From NCBI GenBank assembly GCA_964016885.1, contig OZ024740.1, forward strand, positions 58,218,001 through 58,282,000: DNA of 64,000 bases. The letters are read 5' to 3'. The position numbers were made by a program, and so were the translations under genes. The notes under the pieces are model-generated. The model was not told the DNA's origin. It saw only the letters and a program-made list of their open reading frames with translations, and ran no database searches. The stretch comes from Eledone cirrhosa (Eukaryota). This document shows positions 39,021 through 52,878 of the stretch, one piece after another (the first letter of the stretch is position 1; each line of letters starts with the position of its first letter).

Positions 39021-40021
39021 TTCCAACCAAGTTTACTTCACTTGCCATTTTTGTAACTTCCAGTACATCCTATGGACATACTAAAACAAATTAAACAGGA
39101 AAAAGAAAGCAGCATGTTCAGATTGCAACACTGAGCCTTATAAAATAAAATACTGCATGCTGGGGTGCAGATTCTGGCCCTCAAAATGGAGCTGTAATAT
39201 ATCTAAGGAAACAGAGCTGTTGATTGCTATTATACATATGATTGACGTTCTATATCACATCAGTCTAATCAATTAGGAGTCCTTGACATTAAACAATAAA
39301 GAGTATAGTAAAATATATCATCATCTTCATTTATTGTTTGTTCTCAGTGCTAGCAAGGGTTTGGGCATAGTATGTAAAAGCCACTGCCAGAAGAATTGTG
39401 GTAATGAAAATTGAGTATTACCATGTTAACTATTAAAGTGTTAAAAATGTAATTATCAACTAGAAGACCACAACTGAGAAGCAGAAATAATGTTTTAATA
39501 TGTATAGTTGATGGCTATAAAGCAGCATGAGAAGTCTATTTATCTCTTAAATTTGAAAGAAGTAAAATAAAAAACCATGGAGAAATTTGCTGTTGAATAC
39601 TCTCAATTAGCTTTGACAAGATAGTGGACATAAAAGCAGTTAATTAGAAACCTTTTAATATTCTAATATAATTCTTCCATAAAATGATTTAACTTGATAA
39701 CTTAAAATAAGATGACACTACACTGGGTTTTCTCAGTAAATATGTTTATTCTTCTCATATCATTGAACTTTTAGTTGTTGAGTATGGGGATTGTCAATAA
39801 ACAACCATGCAGAAAATAAAATTAGCTGAAAGCATGAATGCTGAAAATAATGTCATATATATAGGCTTGGCCCGAAATACAAACCAATATTTTAAATGCA
39901 TATTATTAACAAAGAACATTTTGTTAAATTATACAGTTGCCTTCTTATTCCTGTTTACTTTGATAGTAAACAATATTTCACGTTGCTTTAATATGTAATT
40001 CATAAACACAAACTACAGTCA

Positions 40022-40280
40022 TTAACTCTTTTGATATAAAACTGCCTGAAACCTCCCTTGACTCTACAATACAAAACTCTTTATTCTAAAGTATTAATAT
40101 TTATCTAGAAACTTTTCTTCATAATCTTACACAAGAAACTTAAATTATGCTTCAAATACCAGTCTGATATTGAGAGAGATAGTTGCTTTACTAAATCCTC
40201 CAAATATTTCATTATTTTAGAAATGATTTCATAATCATAGGCAATGTCCTTCATTTAGAAATACAATAATGAAAGGGTTA
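40022..40280. mobile_element. piggyBac-type MITE, family B
   Basis: ttaactcttttgatataaaactgcctgaaacc...aatgaaagggtta; homologous to 24675-24923. Confidence 0.55.
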
Positions 40281-40343
40281 GCTAAAATATTACTAGCTTT
40301 CCTGCACTCTCTTTACTATATAACAAATATTGGAATAATCTTA

Positions 40344-43275
40344 TTTAGCAGTATTAGTTATAGATGTTATCGCCACTTTAGCAGGGTGGTAGAATCAGTG
40401 GTCGTTAGTTGCCAGTGTGGTAAGTGATAGTATCCTCGTTGGATTATCTTGTTGACATAGACGTGAGGGAAGGTCCCTCGATCTATTTACCATCTATTTA
40501 CAATATTCCTTTCGTCAGGTCGCCAATTCCAGCAGCATGGATTAAAGATGTCATTGAGACAAGAGTAACATAATAACGACTTCAACCGCAGTAATTAGAG
40601 ATGAAATGTTTGTTTATTTATATGGTTGAAGTTACAGATAAAAAGAGGTTACATTAGGGAATGTGCCATTGCGCCGTTAAGCCGGCGAGGCTAGTGGTGC
40701 AATATCTCACTGTTACATTATGCGTGTTACTGGCTTGAAGTTTCCGGTACAAAAAAAAGAGATTCTTCAAATCTTCGCGGGGAATTTCTTCCTCAGGGCG
40801 CGTAGGGATACATCCTCTTCTACTGGCGCTGATTGGCTGAACTGAGCCAAATCACGCACAGAGAATGTATGTGAGCCCGCGGAATGTAGGTCACTACATC
40901 ACCTCCAACCAGATTTTCAGCCGAAAATCGATAACGAAGAAACCAAGGACCCACATATTATTAAATCAGCAAGAACAAATGCTGAAAGAGCACATCAGTG
41001 AAAAAATAATTGAGCAGAAGGTTGCATGCAAGAACCAAAAATGAGGCGCTACGGGCCGTGTTGAGCCGCTGTGTCAAATGACCAATTGTTTTGTTGTTTA
41101 TACGTGACCGCCAAAGGTCTAACAAAAAAGCCGCTAAAGTGGTGACCGACGTAAGAATATCACGCAGCCCTTCTTATTCATTCAGTTTAACTTTTATTGC
41201 CACGTCGCAACTTGCGAAAATCCAGAATATTCCTTTTAAGATTTTTGAAAAATTGGCAGTATTTCAAAAACTTTTTCGCCACGAAAAAATTTCAAGATGG
41301 CTACCGACATGTCATGGCTACGCTTGACAACAACAATGACAGCAGCAGCGACAGCGTTGTTTAACCACTGACCAATACAGGGAACAGTGAGTGGCAGCTT
41401 CATAACCTTACCGACGCCAACCACCACACATCGGAAATTTCAAAACGGCTTGTAACTTTACCGACGCAACCACCATACCTTCTGTCTCGTTACCACAGGG
41501 ACGCGAGAAATTGAGACAGTAGTTTTCTCACCATTATGGCGTCAGACGTGACTGCCATATTTGGTGACTCCTACTCTACAGAAGATTCTTTGACTTTGCT
41601 TTAACAATAAGCAACAAAACCTTCGGGACGGTAAAATGGCCACGAAATCTCACAAAAACACCATACATCTAACCCCTAACGGCAGTAACAAACTTCTTTT
41701 TCAGTTTTCAGATAGAACTAGTGTCTGTACACTGGTGATGTGTGAACTATTTGACTTTGAAAAACTTTGAACTTATTGAGCAATTTCTCTGCTCCCCTAG
41801 ATTTACTTTGAATTATCAGTTTGTTACATTCACATATTTCTTTGTAGAATGCATTTACTTGTTTTGTGCTCTTTTGCTATTTGCTTGCTCATGGTTTTTG
41901 TTCATTCACATTCTTTGCTGTTTTACATGCCTGCATATGCACACATTTTTTTTATCACACACCAACATGTTGTTCTTGGTATATGTTCTTCAAACGTAAT
42001 ATTCTGTGAGTCCCTTTTCATCTGGTTGAGATGCTGTCACATGCTAGCAGCTCACAGAGCTTAATCCACTGGATTCAAACAGGCACCGCAACACGAGAAT
42101 ACATTGCAGCTGAACTCAAACAGCTTCGCATCTCGTTGCACACTGATCGTCCATGACGGCCATCCGTCTTGTTGTTTTTGCCCGACTCGCTGCGAAAGCA
42201 ACAAATTGAACTGGACTTGTTAGCATTTCGGCCACTTCTGTGGATTCGCCCGAATTATGGAATTTACACTGCAACCCACCTACAGATTAAACTTGCCTTT
42301 TGTTCTTTACAAAGCAACCAGCCATTTTTTCCTGGCTCCACAGCACATTCGACAATACATCTGGGGGCCATCATTTTCTTGCCAGCACTGGTAAACTACC
42401 ATAATAGCTTCGTTCACAGCTATTGGTACAACGCTTACCATTAACATTTAATGCAAGAACAGCAACTTCGCCCATGTCAGACTTTATCCGTTTTTTGTTA
42501 GACCTTTGGCGGTCACGTATAAACAACAAAACAATTGGTCATTTGACACAGCGGCTCAACACGGCCCGTAGCGCCTCATTTTTGGTTCTTGCATGCAACC
42601 TTCTGCTCAATTATTTTTTTCGCTGATGTGCTCTTTCAGCATTTGTTCTTGCTGATTCAATAATATGTGGGTCCTTGGTTTCTTCGTTATCGATTTTCGG
42701 CTGAAAATCTGGTTGGAGGTGATGTAGTGACCTACATTCCGCGGGCTCACATACATTCTCTGTGCGTGATTTGGCTCAGTTCAGCCAATCAGCGCCAGTA
42801 GAAGAGGATGTATCCCTACGCGCCCTGAGGAAGAAATTCACCGCAAAGATTTGAAGAATCTCGCTCTTGTACCAGAAACTTCGAGCCAGCAACACGCATA
42901 ATGTAACAGTGAGATATTGCACCACTAGCCTCGCCGGCTTAACGGCGCAATGGCACATTCCATTTTGTAACCTCTTTGTATCTGTAACTTCAACCATATA
43001 AATAAACAAACATTTCATCTCTAATTACTGCGGTTGAAGTCGTTGTTATGTTACTCGTGTCTCAATGACATCTTTAATCCATGCTGCTGGAATTGGCGAC
43101 CTGACGAAAGGAATATTGTAAATAGATGGTAAATAGATCGAGGGACCTTCCCTCACGTCTATGTCAACAAGATAATCCAACGAGGATACTATCACTTACC
43201 ACACTGGCAACTAACGACCACTGATTCTACCACCCTGCTAAAGTGGCGATAACATCTATAACCAATACTGCTAAA
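40344..43275. mobile_element. Non-autonomous element with ~800-bp terminal inverted repeats and 4-bp TSD (CTTA)
   Basis: 40344-~41140 is the reverse complement of ~42481-43275, with termini TTTAGCAGTATT...AATACTGCTAAA. CTTA at 40340-40343 and 43276-43279. No credible internal ORF. Confidence 0.92.
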
Positions 43276-43963
43276 CTTACATACCTAAATGCCAGCTAAC
43301 CACTGAGAAATATATTTTAAAATACTGTAATGATATCTGTTAGTTTAGCTTTTTTGTATTTCTGTTGTTCAGTGTTTAGCATTGTCAAAGCATCTATCTT
43401 TTGCATAGCTCACATACTCTCTGTCTTCATACCATCAGTTTTTGCACAAATCTCGTAAATCGTCTGTCTTCTCTCTTCTCTTTAATTGTTTATTTTTCCA
43501 GTGATACTGAGTATACAATCGCATGTCTTCTATATAGGGAAATATAAGACGAGGTATAATAATAATAATAATAATAATAATAAAAGAAAAAGAAAATAGT
43601 AGGAAATGTTCATGGGTAAATTTATACGAGGAAATTGATCTAGGAACAGTTTCATTGTCTGAATTTATCCACATACATTTCATACTTCTTTTTTTATTCT
43701 TATTTCCTATCTTATATTTTCCTATATATGAGACATGTGACCATATACGCAATATCACTGGTAAAATAAATAATTGTCGAATATCCTTAAATAAAAGTCA
43801 ATCTTGTGTAAAGCTGATGCCCCCATCTTTATTTTGGGATGTAAAAATCTATAATTTTCTAAGTATTTTATGTAAAACATTAACCCTAGTTTTTCACAGA
43901 TAGCACATCAACAATTGCTGGTCAAATGATTATCCTGTGTCTAAGTATTTTGGTAAGTTTTAA

Positions 43964-44163
43964 CCCTTTAGCATTTACATTACTCTATATTTACAACCGT
44001 ATTTTTGTGGTAAAGGCTTTACCTCACATAATATCGAATCTATGAGATTTTGATATTATTTATTTTGAGAAAAATACCTTAACATCAGTATGATTACAGT
44101 CAGTTTGAACAGAATGGGGTGAGAGAACTCTGGCTGGATAGGGCCGGTTTAAATGCTAAAGGG
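43964..44163. mobile_element. piggyBac-type MITE, family A
   Basis: TTAA-CCCTTTAGCATTTA...TAAATGCTAAAGGG-TTAA: perfect 14-bp TIR and TTAA TSD. Confidence 0.88.
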
Positions 44164-44254
44164 TTAATGTACAATTCAGTTAACCATTAGGTAACAGATT
44201 TCTTGAGTTCATTAACAAAGAAGCACTACAATTACTGTAAAATAATTCCATTGA

Positions 44255-44565
44255 CCCATAGCTCCTGTTTGAGTTATAGGGTGCTGTTGCGATACATTGC
44301 ATGTCATGGGCATTTAAACCTGGCAGTGGCCATCCATCTCTAGGCCTGAACACAATTAGTTTCTTCTAAGACAAGAAAATGAGAAAAGGAAAGTGAGAAA
44401 GATATATAGAAGAAGAATTTGCCCCTGTATTGAACTGGTACTTTATTGACCTCGAAAGGATGAAATTCAATGTTGACTTTGGCATGATATGAACTCAGAG
44501 CATAGAGAACTGAAATGAATGCTGCAAAGTATTCTATCTAACATTCTTCTGACTGTCACTTCATT
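44255..44565 (-). mobile_element. SINE with Meta-domain-like core
   Basis: ctggtactttattgacctcgaaaggatgaaattcaatgttgactttggcatgatatgaactcag plus the flank shared with 23085-23425. Confidence 0.65.
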
Positions 44566-46423
44566 ATCTGTATAATAATTAGTGTGATAAAAAATTCATC
44601 AACCCATCATTTTTTATATAAACTAGACTATATGCATTTAGCTGTATAATTTACTATAAATAACATATTACCGAGGAAATGGTACTTAACAATACACAGT
44701 GCTTTTGTAGCCTACAGTTTGTAGATATAAACACAGCTGTGAAACAATATAACCAATATTGTTGAGTAAGCAATGAAAGGCAATTCATCATCATCATCGT
44801 TTAACGTCCATTTGTTTTCAGTTTAATATCTATAGCCTTTAACTACATGAAATTACCTAATTAGAAATATGAGTAAACATTCAGCATTGGCATCCTGCAC
44901 TGTGATGAATATAACTTTGAAGAAGGTAGCTGATCAAATATGATAGCTACATGTAAAACGACAAGTGTAAATATTTATAAGGTCTACGGAGTAATATTTA
45001 CATAATAGGATGTGTTTTTATGCATATACTGGATAATTATTGGTGTTATTACTGTATTCCATTGTTTTTATCAGTTATTCATTTAAAAGATCTTTTTGTG
45101 GTTCTGCTATTGATACAATATTATGGATTGTACTTTGTATTTCAGCCCCTCAAAAATAATAGTTGACCTATGAAATTTAGCATAAAAATCTGGTCTAAAA
45201 ATGTTGACTTTTACACGAGTATGTATATTAGCTTAATTTAATAACCAGCTAGTTTTATTATCAACTGTTATCAGGGCTTTGGGGTTACCATTGTCAAAAT
45301 TAAATCAATTGATGCTAAACATTGGTAGTAGATACCCCAAGATTATTCAAAATTGTTCTAAGCGTTTCTAAACAGTAGTTTCTACAACCAGCCTTAAACT
45401 AAATTCAAGGTTAGATTTTAACAAAGCCTAACCGAACACTGTGTAAAGTGGTTTGTGTTATAAAAGAGCATCAAGCTGTAGAAACGATGCCAAATATGGA
45501 ACATTTAGATGAGACCAGGCCTTTTGACATACCTAGGTGTGGGATAACTGTGAAGAAGAAGCAATTTAAGCATGAGAACCTGCCCAACCCATGCTAGCAT
45601 GATTGATAATGATAACGTATATCACAAAGTACAATATATCATCAATTGGTAGTATTATTGTTATCTTTAACAAAGTGTAATAATTGCAATCAAGCTTGAC
45701 ACAAAAATGTTGCTTTAACTGTTAATTTCCTGAAGCACATAAAACCACATTAGCAAGAAAAATATTTTAAAAAACATCACTATGACTGCATCACACATTT
45801 TCACAACGATCTGTCCTCTAGTAAGCATACCATAAAAAATCGAATTAACAAACCAGTTTTCAGATATTTTCTGCCAGATCATTACAGGATGCTAAGTGGG
45901 AAAGGGTTTGACAAAAAATTATTTTCTATCAAATCTATGGGATAGTGTAATATGTCATAATGATTCAAAGCATACAATTTCTTTATTTCTAATATCTAGA
46001 GAAGCCCCTATGTGTTTATTTTTAAAACATCTGATAGGAATTGAGCTATTTATAAAATAATCAACGTTCTCCTGTTTAATTAATTAAAGATCAGCAATAT
46101 AAGGAATGGCATTATCTAATAACTGCGGTAAAAATAGAAATGATTTAAAGTAGGAAATTGGAAGCAATGTAAGCCAACAGAAATAGCTATGAGAATAATA
46201 TAGAATGAAGACAATTTGTATTAGAATTTCTTTGTATATTCAGAATGTTACAAAAGTAATGTAGGCTTAATATATAAATCACTGAAAATGTATGTGAGAT
46301 AGAGTAACTAGGCACAATTTGTTTTAAAGAAAAATTTCTTTGTCCTGAGTTTAAAAATATCTGGCTAAATTTATTTTGTACATCATTATATAGAAGCCAA
46401 ATAATGTGTATGAATGTGTGTGT

Positions 46424-46912
46424 ATTTGAAATGTAGTCAACCCAACGTAAATGATTATAATAATGATCAATCATTATAAATAATACTTAAGAAAATTATT
46501 AAAGTACTCCTGGAGATGGAAAAATGTGGATGGAGGTGCCTACAAGAAATAGAACCCTGCCTCTCTTGGATGTCTGGTGAGAGTGCTAAACCTTATGTTA
46601 AGAGGTCTCTGACCACTAATTAGTGTCTTTTTAGATTTTAAGTTTGTAGCTTGAAGTTTGAACATTATTTGTGATTTGAAATATAGTCAGTTTACACTTC
46701 AAGCTACAAGCTTAAAATCTTCCAAAAAGACAGCAATTAGAGTCCAGAGAACCCTAGCATAATGGTTAATGCATTCACCTGGTACCCGTGAGATGCAGTG
46801 TTTGATTCCTTGCAAGTATCTCTGTCCAATGCTTTCCATTACCAGGTGTATTGTATCTGATTTTCTCAACTATTATTATAATCATTTATGTTGGGCTGAC
46901 TAAATTTCAAAT
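46424..46912. repeat. Diverged fold-back element with a tRNA-like segment in each arm
   Basis: atttgaaatgtagtcaacccaacgtaaatgattataataa mirrors ttattataatcatttatgttgggctgactaaatttcaaat. Inner arms 46633-46663 / 46690-46720. A box-like tagcataatgg at 46755 and B box-like gtttgattcc at 46800. Confidence 0.75.
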
Positions 46913-47499
46913 TTTTTCAATATTTCTTTAGTAAGCCAGTTACTCATAATATTATCATCTTCATCCTTTAATGTCAGTATTCCATACTAGCATGGGTTGG
47001 ACAGGTCTCTACAGAGTAAGTCAGTACTCAAAAGGGGCTACTGACCTCTCAAATGGGCTAGGGGCCTGTGTCTCATATACATTCATACATACATACATAC
47101 ATGATGATGGCTGCAACTCGATTTTGAGTAATGCCATCACTTGATACTTAAGCATGAGCATCACAGACATGGCTTTTTAGTTCTGCTAGGGACTTGCCTA
47201 TAGCTAGCAATGCCATACACTGCATAAAAATGTCACATATCAAGCGATACCTATGCTTAAAGCTTTTTTAAGTGAGGAAAGGCTTTGCACAGGGCCAGTC
47301 ACACTCTCTGAACATTGAATGCATTTACCCAAAACGAAGAACTGGTCTATATCATTGGATGCAAAAGAAGTTGCAGGTTTTATATCAGAGTGACTTTCTC
47401 CTAGAGAGATGTCTTAATGAATACTAGGAGTCTCTTGCTCCACATGCATACATACGTACATGCATACATACATACATAAATACATGCATGCATATCTCT

Positions 47500-48110
47500 A
47501 TGCAATACAGGAACAAGAAATCCCTACCAAATATCTGCTACAGAAAAAGAGGGTCATCAGTCGACAATAAATTTAGGCTATGTAAAACAAAGATCAAAGA
47601 TGTTAAGGATATGTTGCCAACTGTGAAAGAATGTGGTCTCGTTACTACCACCCTTTGAGACACAATGTGATAGTGCATTCCAGATGGTTCTAGCTAAGGA
47701 AAACAAAAATAAAAACAAATGAGGAGGAATATGTTGAGATAGATGGCACCAAGGAATACTGGTGGAATCTCAAAATAAAAACTGCCACTAAATTAAAGCA
47801 CAACCAGCCTGATATTGTTGTTTGGGACCACACATTGAAAACATGCTCTGTTGAGATCAGCTGCCCACTTGATGTCAACATTGTAAGAAAAATACAAGAA
47901 GGGGAGGACATCTATGGACCATTGATGAGGAGTTTGCAGATCCAGTATCCAAGATACAACTTCAGCTTCATACCCATTATTATTGGAACTACAGGTTATA
48001 TACCAACCCACTTGGACCAAAGTACGGCTGAACTTGGATTTGTGGACAAAGAGTGTTGCTTCCTAATTCATAGGCTTTAAAATTTGCAAAACATTATTGC
48101 AATTCAAGGG
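47500..48110 (+). mobile_element. Restriction-like-endonuclease non-LTR retrotransposon remnant (R4/Dong-like C-terminus)
   Basis: AIQEQEIPTKYL..RLC../..LRHNVI../..EYWWNLKIKTATKLKHNQPDIVVWD..VEISCPLDVNIVRKIQE..Y..L..IPIIIGTTGYIP: decayed CCHC knuckle plus PD-(D/E)xK-type domain. Confidence 0.75.
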
Positions 48111-49559
48111 ATGACAATTTCTTTTCTTGTACAACCCTTGCCACCAAGAAGGTGGCTGGTTAAAAATGTACTCGAAATTAAGAGAAAGAGCAACATACAT
48201 ACATACATTATCATTATTTTGCATTTGATTTCCATGGTGGCATTTTGGAGTTAATGTCCTCTTCAATGGGTCATAGGGTTATGTTTCAATATATGTGTGT
48301 TTAACATTTTCTTTTATAATTTGATAATTTGTGTGTTTTATGGATGCATGTGGTTCATATACATTTTCTGTAAAACACTAAAAAGTATGAAAGTAATTAT
48401 GTGGGAGTCAATTTATGTTACATATCCTCTTTATCAATATTAAATGTGGTGAGTATGGTTAAGTAATAAATAAACACTCTCTAATTCATTTAACTTAACC
48501 AATAGCTTCGATGTCCTTTGATAAAGCCTGATTCATCTTTAAAAATATAAGCCTTTATGCTTCATAAAAAAGGAAACCATTTTTTATACCAAGCATGTTA
48601 TAAATAAATATGCATGCACAACAAAAGCTTTAGATGAAATCTAGTCAAAAGATAGTATATATTTAGAAACATAACTTTCAGATTGTAGCTTGATGGAAAA
48701 GCCGAATATAAAACCTTAAAAGATATAAATAATAGTTTCAAAATCTTTTATTACTGTAACAGTAAAAACAATGTGCTAGAAAAATGTATTTTGAAAAGTA
48801 TATTTTGTGCAGCTGTTCAATGGTTATAGCAACATTCATAGATATCTGCAGTGATATACATTAAAATAAAATGAAAATTAAGTTTCTGGAAATTAAGGTA
48901 AAAAACAAAATCATCATGAACGTAACTAATGGTATACTATTACTCCTACCGTTTTACTCTCTGTCATATCTAATAACACACACTCTTATACAGATGATAA
49001 CTGATAACACTCATTATCTTTCCTTATATTTACACACACATACATAAAGACATACATGCACACACAGTTAAAATGTAGCCTATAAATTTACTACTAGACC
49101 TGCATAGTCTCCATGAGCAGAGAACTTGTAAAGATCCTTCCACTCTCTACACCAATTTGTTTCATCCCTTACACACATCCTTGACCGATACACATACACT
49201 CCAAACACTATTGATCTCTTTCTCACCTATAAACTTAACCTTAGCTCTACTAAACTATGTCTGCTCCTATTTGTTGTCTGACAACTGCTTTATCACAAAT
49301 ACCTACTACTAAACATTTACATACTATTAAATGTTTCTTATCATCAGATCCTATGGCACTTTAAGTCAGCTGACTGGCTGAAGCTTTGCCAGTTCTATGT
49401 TAACTATACTTGGCAGCGCATGTGCTTTACTCCTAACTCATCACAAACGTGTGGCTGAAAACATCATCTTAGGCATGTCACTCCACATGCTACATACAAT
49501 AAAATCTCAATGCTCTAAGTTTGTCAAATAACTCGCTCATAGCTGCACTGTAGTGGGTC

Positions 49560-51040
49560 AGTAAAAAAAACAAAGTCTATAATGTTTGGAAACCACACCA
49601 CCATTTTGCCAAAACTGAATGGTGTTTAACCATCATTGAAACTCTTGTAGATCCATTATCTATGACACAAAGGCTGACTAAGCATTGCACAGCTCTCAAG
49701 CTCTCCTTCCTCCCAAGCTGCAGTGATTTCTTTCTCCTCCCTTCCAAACAGATATCCATCAATTTTGCAGAATTCTGTTTTCCTAAACTTCTTAGCCATG
49801 ATGATTCTGTGAGCAGTACTCTTGCAGAGAATACTCCAACTCCACAAGCTTGGTATGTCTCCTACACCTTGCATTCATACAAGCCAAGTATGGATATACC
49901 TCTGGCTGCTTCAAACCAATATGGTCCTGACAATATCCCATCCATTACCTTCAAACGATGTACACCAGAGCTAGCCTCCATATTCACCAATATTTTCAAT
50001 CTCTCCCTCTTTATATGGATATACCTGGATCTTTGGAAACATGCCTCAGTGTGTTCTATTCCTAGAAGGGAAACCTGCCCATATTTTGCACTCACTTCCA
50101 ATGTTTCAAATGTTGTAGATCCAGCTGTTAACAGTGACACACTCCAACATTTTCTTTCCTTAGTGATCATGGATTTGACTTCTTCTATAAAGCCAGGTCT
50201 ACTGGAGACTTACTCTATCATATTACTTGTCAGTGGGCTCTACAGAAATTGGGTGAAAACAATTACTTTCAAAATCAGCAAAGATTTCAACCATGCTTGG
50301 CACTCAAACAGCCTCCTTATGGGCTACACTACACCCATCTCATCATTTGGATCAACAGCTCCCAATTCTATTACACTATTGTGCTGTGTGCTGCTGTTGC
50401 TTTCTCTGCTCCATATTCTATAAACTCTGGTGTGCCCCAGTGTTCAGTTTTGTCTGTCATATTCACCCTTCTATATATAAATAGCTTATTTTCCATCATA
50501 CCCAACAAAGTCCAAACTTACACAGATGATACTACCTCCCATTCTTCCATAATCTTCCCCAACCAGGTCTCATCCATATTCAACCTCAACATTGCATGCC
50601 AAGCCTGCACCAAATCCATGAACAGAAGCATCATCCAATGTGGTCATGTTAACCTTGTCTCTTTTTACTGCTAACAAAGCACATGCACTGCTCATGTCAT
50701 GTCTTTTTAAGCATAAGCAGGACATAACTTGAGCCCTCACAATCGCTCCCAATGCTAAGACTCACAATCACTCCCAAAGCTAGGCTTCATTATCACAAAG
50801 GCTGCCTCATGGCTAACTTACATCATTATTCTAGCTAGGACACTCTGTAGTACCCAGTTGCATTCCACATTGGAACACTGTTCAGGTATCTGGTGTTTCA
50901 GCTTCAGGCACATGTTGGACTGCCACCAGTTCCAATAATGAGTGCTCCAGTTGTTCACACAATGGAATAGCCTGTTCATAAAATTATGCGAGTGATTGAG
51001 CCTTCCACAGACTCTTAATGTTCTTCGCTGAAGAGTCAAC
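49560..51040 (+). mobile_element. Degenerate CR1/Jockey-group LINE RT
   Basis: GPDNIPSITFKRCTPELASIFTNIFNLSL..WKHASV, ISKDFNHAWH, INSGVPQCSVLS, YTDDTT in ORFs 49662-50423 and 50249-50674. Confidence 0.75.
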
Positions 51041-51044
51041 ATGA

Positions 51045-51315
51045 CATAGTGTATGACAAAGGCATTTTTAAACCTGGGGGAGTCCGTCTTCTCTCAAGGT
51101 CTGAATACATCAGATTTCTTCCAGAGAAGGAAAGAGTGACAGAAAGGAAATGAGAAAGGTACATAGAGAAAGATGGTACTTTTTGTTATCAACCTCGAAT
51201 GGATGAAAGGCAAAATTGACCTCGGCAAGATTTGAACTCAGCAGAAAGCCGAAACAAATACTGCAAAGCATTCTATCTTACATTCTAACAACTCTGCCAA
51301 TTTGTCACCTTTTTC
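51045..51315 (-). mobile_element. SINE with Meta-domain-like core
   Basis: ggtactttttgttatcaacctcgaatggatgaaaggcaaaattgacctcggcaagatttgaactcag. Confidence 0.7.
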
Positions 51316-52878
51316 TGAACTAGCAAGTTGCATATCCTCTCAATCTAGTGCTGTTTGATACTCTAACATGTCTTCTCATATCAACTGTGTATAATTCATC
51401 AGATTCCACCTTAAATACTTTATTCAACTATTCTTATTCAGAGTTTCAGCCATTAAGAATTCATTTTTCCACTTAGATTTTTTTCTACAAATGTGCAACT
51501 AAGAAATGTTCAAACTGAATGTTAATTACATCTATCTCAGTCATTTTAGAGGACTTGCAAAGGTCATGGCCATTGCTAATTTTCTTTTTATTATTTGATT
51601 TTAAATAGAATTTGTTATACATTTCTTTTTGGAGATGGATTTATAGAAGGAATCTACAGGTCCAAATTATTTTGGTTGATATATTTTTGTAAAAAAAATC
51701 ATAATTGAAAATTTAACTAAGATATAATTGAATTCAGCATATTATCTAGCTGTGTTTCAAACAATCCATTTGTTATGACATGGACAATCCTAAACTACAA
51801 GAAAACATTTCATTGTTTGTCTCTGAATTCGTCTTTAATTCTGTTTGAAATAATTCAATGACATTTTGGAAAACTTTAGAATATTAATGTGGACCTGAAG
51901 CAATCTAGTTGTTTAATTAATTTGCTTTGTTGTATTCATACCATGATAATGTTGAATGAATAATAAATTATTTTAGCACATTGTTTTAATTTTGTCAAAA
52001 CCTCTTCTATTTTTGGAACTTTTGAAAGAAGGAATTTAGTAGGCTTCAGATTTACAAACATGCAACATTTTAATAATATTTATGCCTCATTAATAAAAAT
52101 TCATACGTACAAGGAAAGATGGTGGAACCTAATTTCTTCAAGGATCTCCTGAAGAATGAAATATAATATTGTGTCTAAACCATTAATGATATTTACTCAA
52201 ACAGTCCAATATAATTCTATAAATACATTTTTTGTTGTAATTAGAATGTATGTATTGAATTTGTAGTCAATACAAACATTAAATGGGGATGATGATGATG
52301 GTGTAATGCCGTATGGGATCTACTGGAACAAAAGAATTTGTAAATATGCATATATAAAATGTAAACACAAACAAAGTCAATCTGCATCTAATGAGGTGTG
52401 TATTTATTAGTTTTACAGGGAAGCATGAATTCAGATAGAAAGGTTGTACATAAATTCATGTGAATCAATGGTGGGATACTCATAGGCAACAAATCACCAC
52501 ATCTTTCTATGAAAAACAAAAAATGGATTAAAACGTTAAAATATTTAAGTCTACCCCCAAGCTCTTGATAGGTTTCTTGGCAAATCAATAGATGCCCCCA
52601 AGCCACCACTTTAATTAACTCTGGTCAGGATGGAAATGGCCATCCACAAGCACATCTCCCTTGCCATCCTCCAAGTTAACAGATTCATCATTTTATCGTT
52701 TGTTACTATTAAACATTTGCATGAATCAATGAAATTTCCTTTGCTTTTTTACTTAATAAAATAATTTTGCATTTGAAGATTATAAACTGTAACTAACATC
52801 AGATGATAAAATGTTTTTTTTTTATATTAGTGGGAGTTAATTATCAACATTGTAGAATAGCTTTCATCCTTATATGAT

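Noticed and set aside
41091-42626. Short ORFs inside the long-TIR element
   Set aside because: No transposase, recombinase or RT motifs. No DIRS-type internal complementary region was found either.
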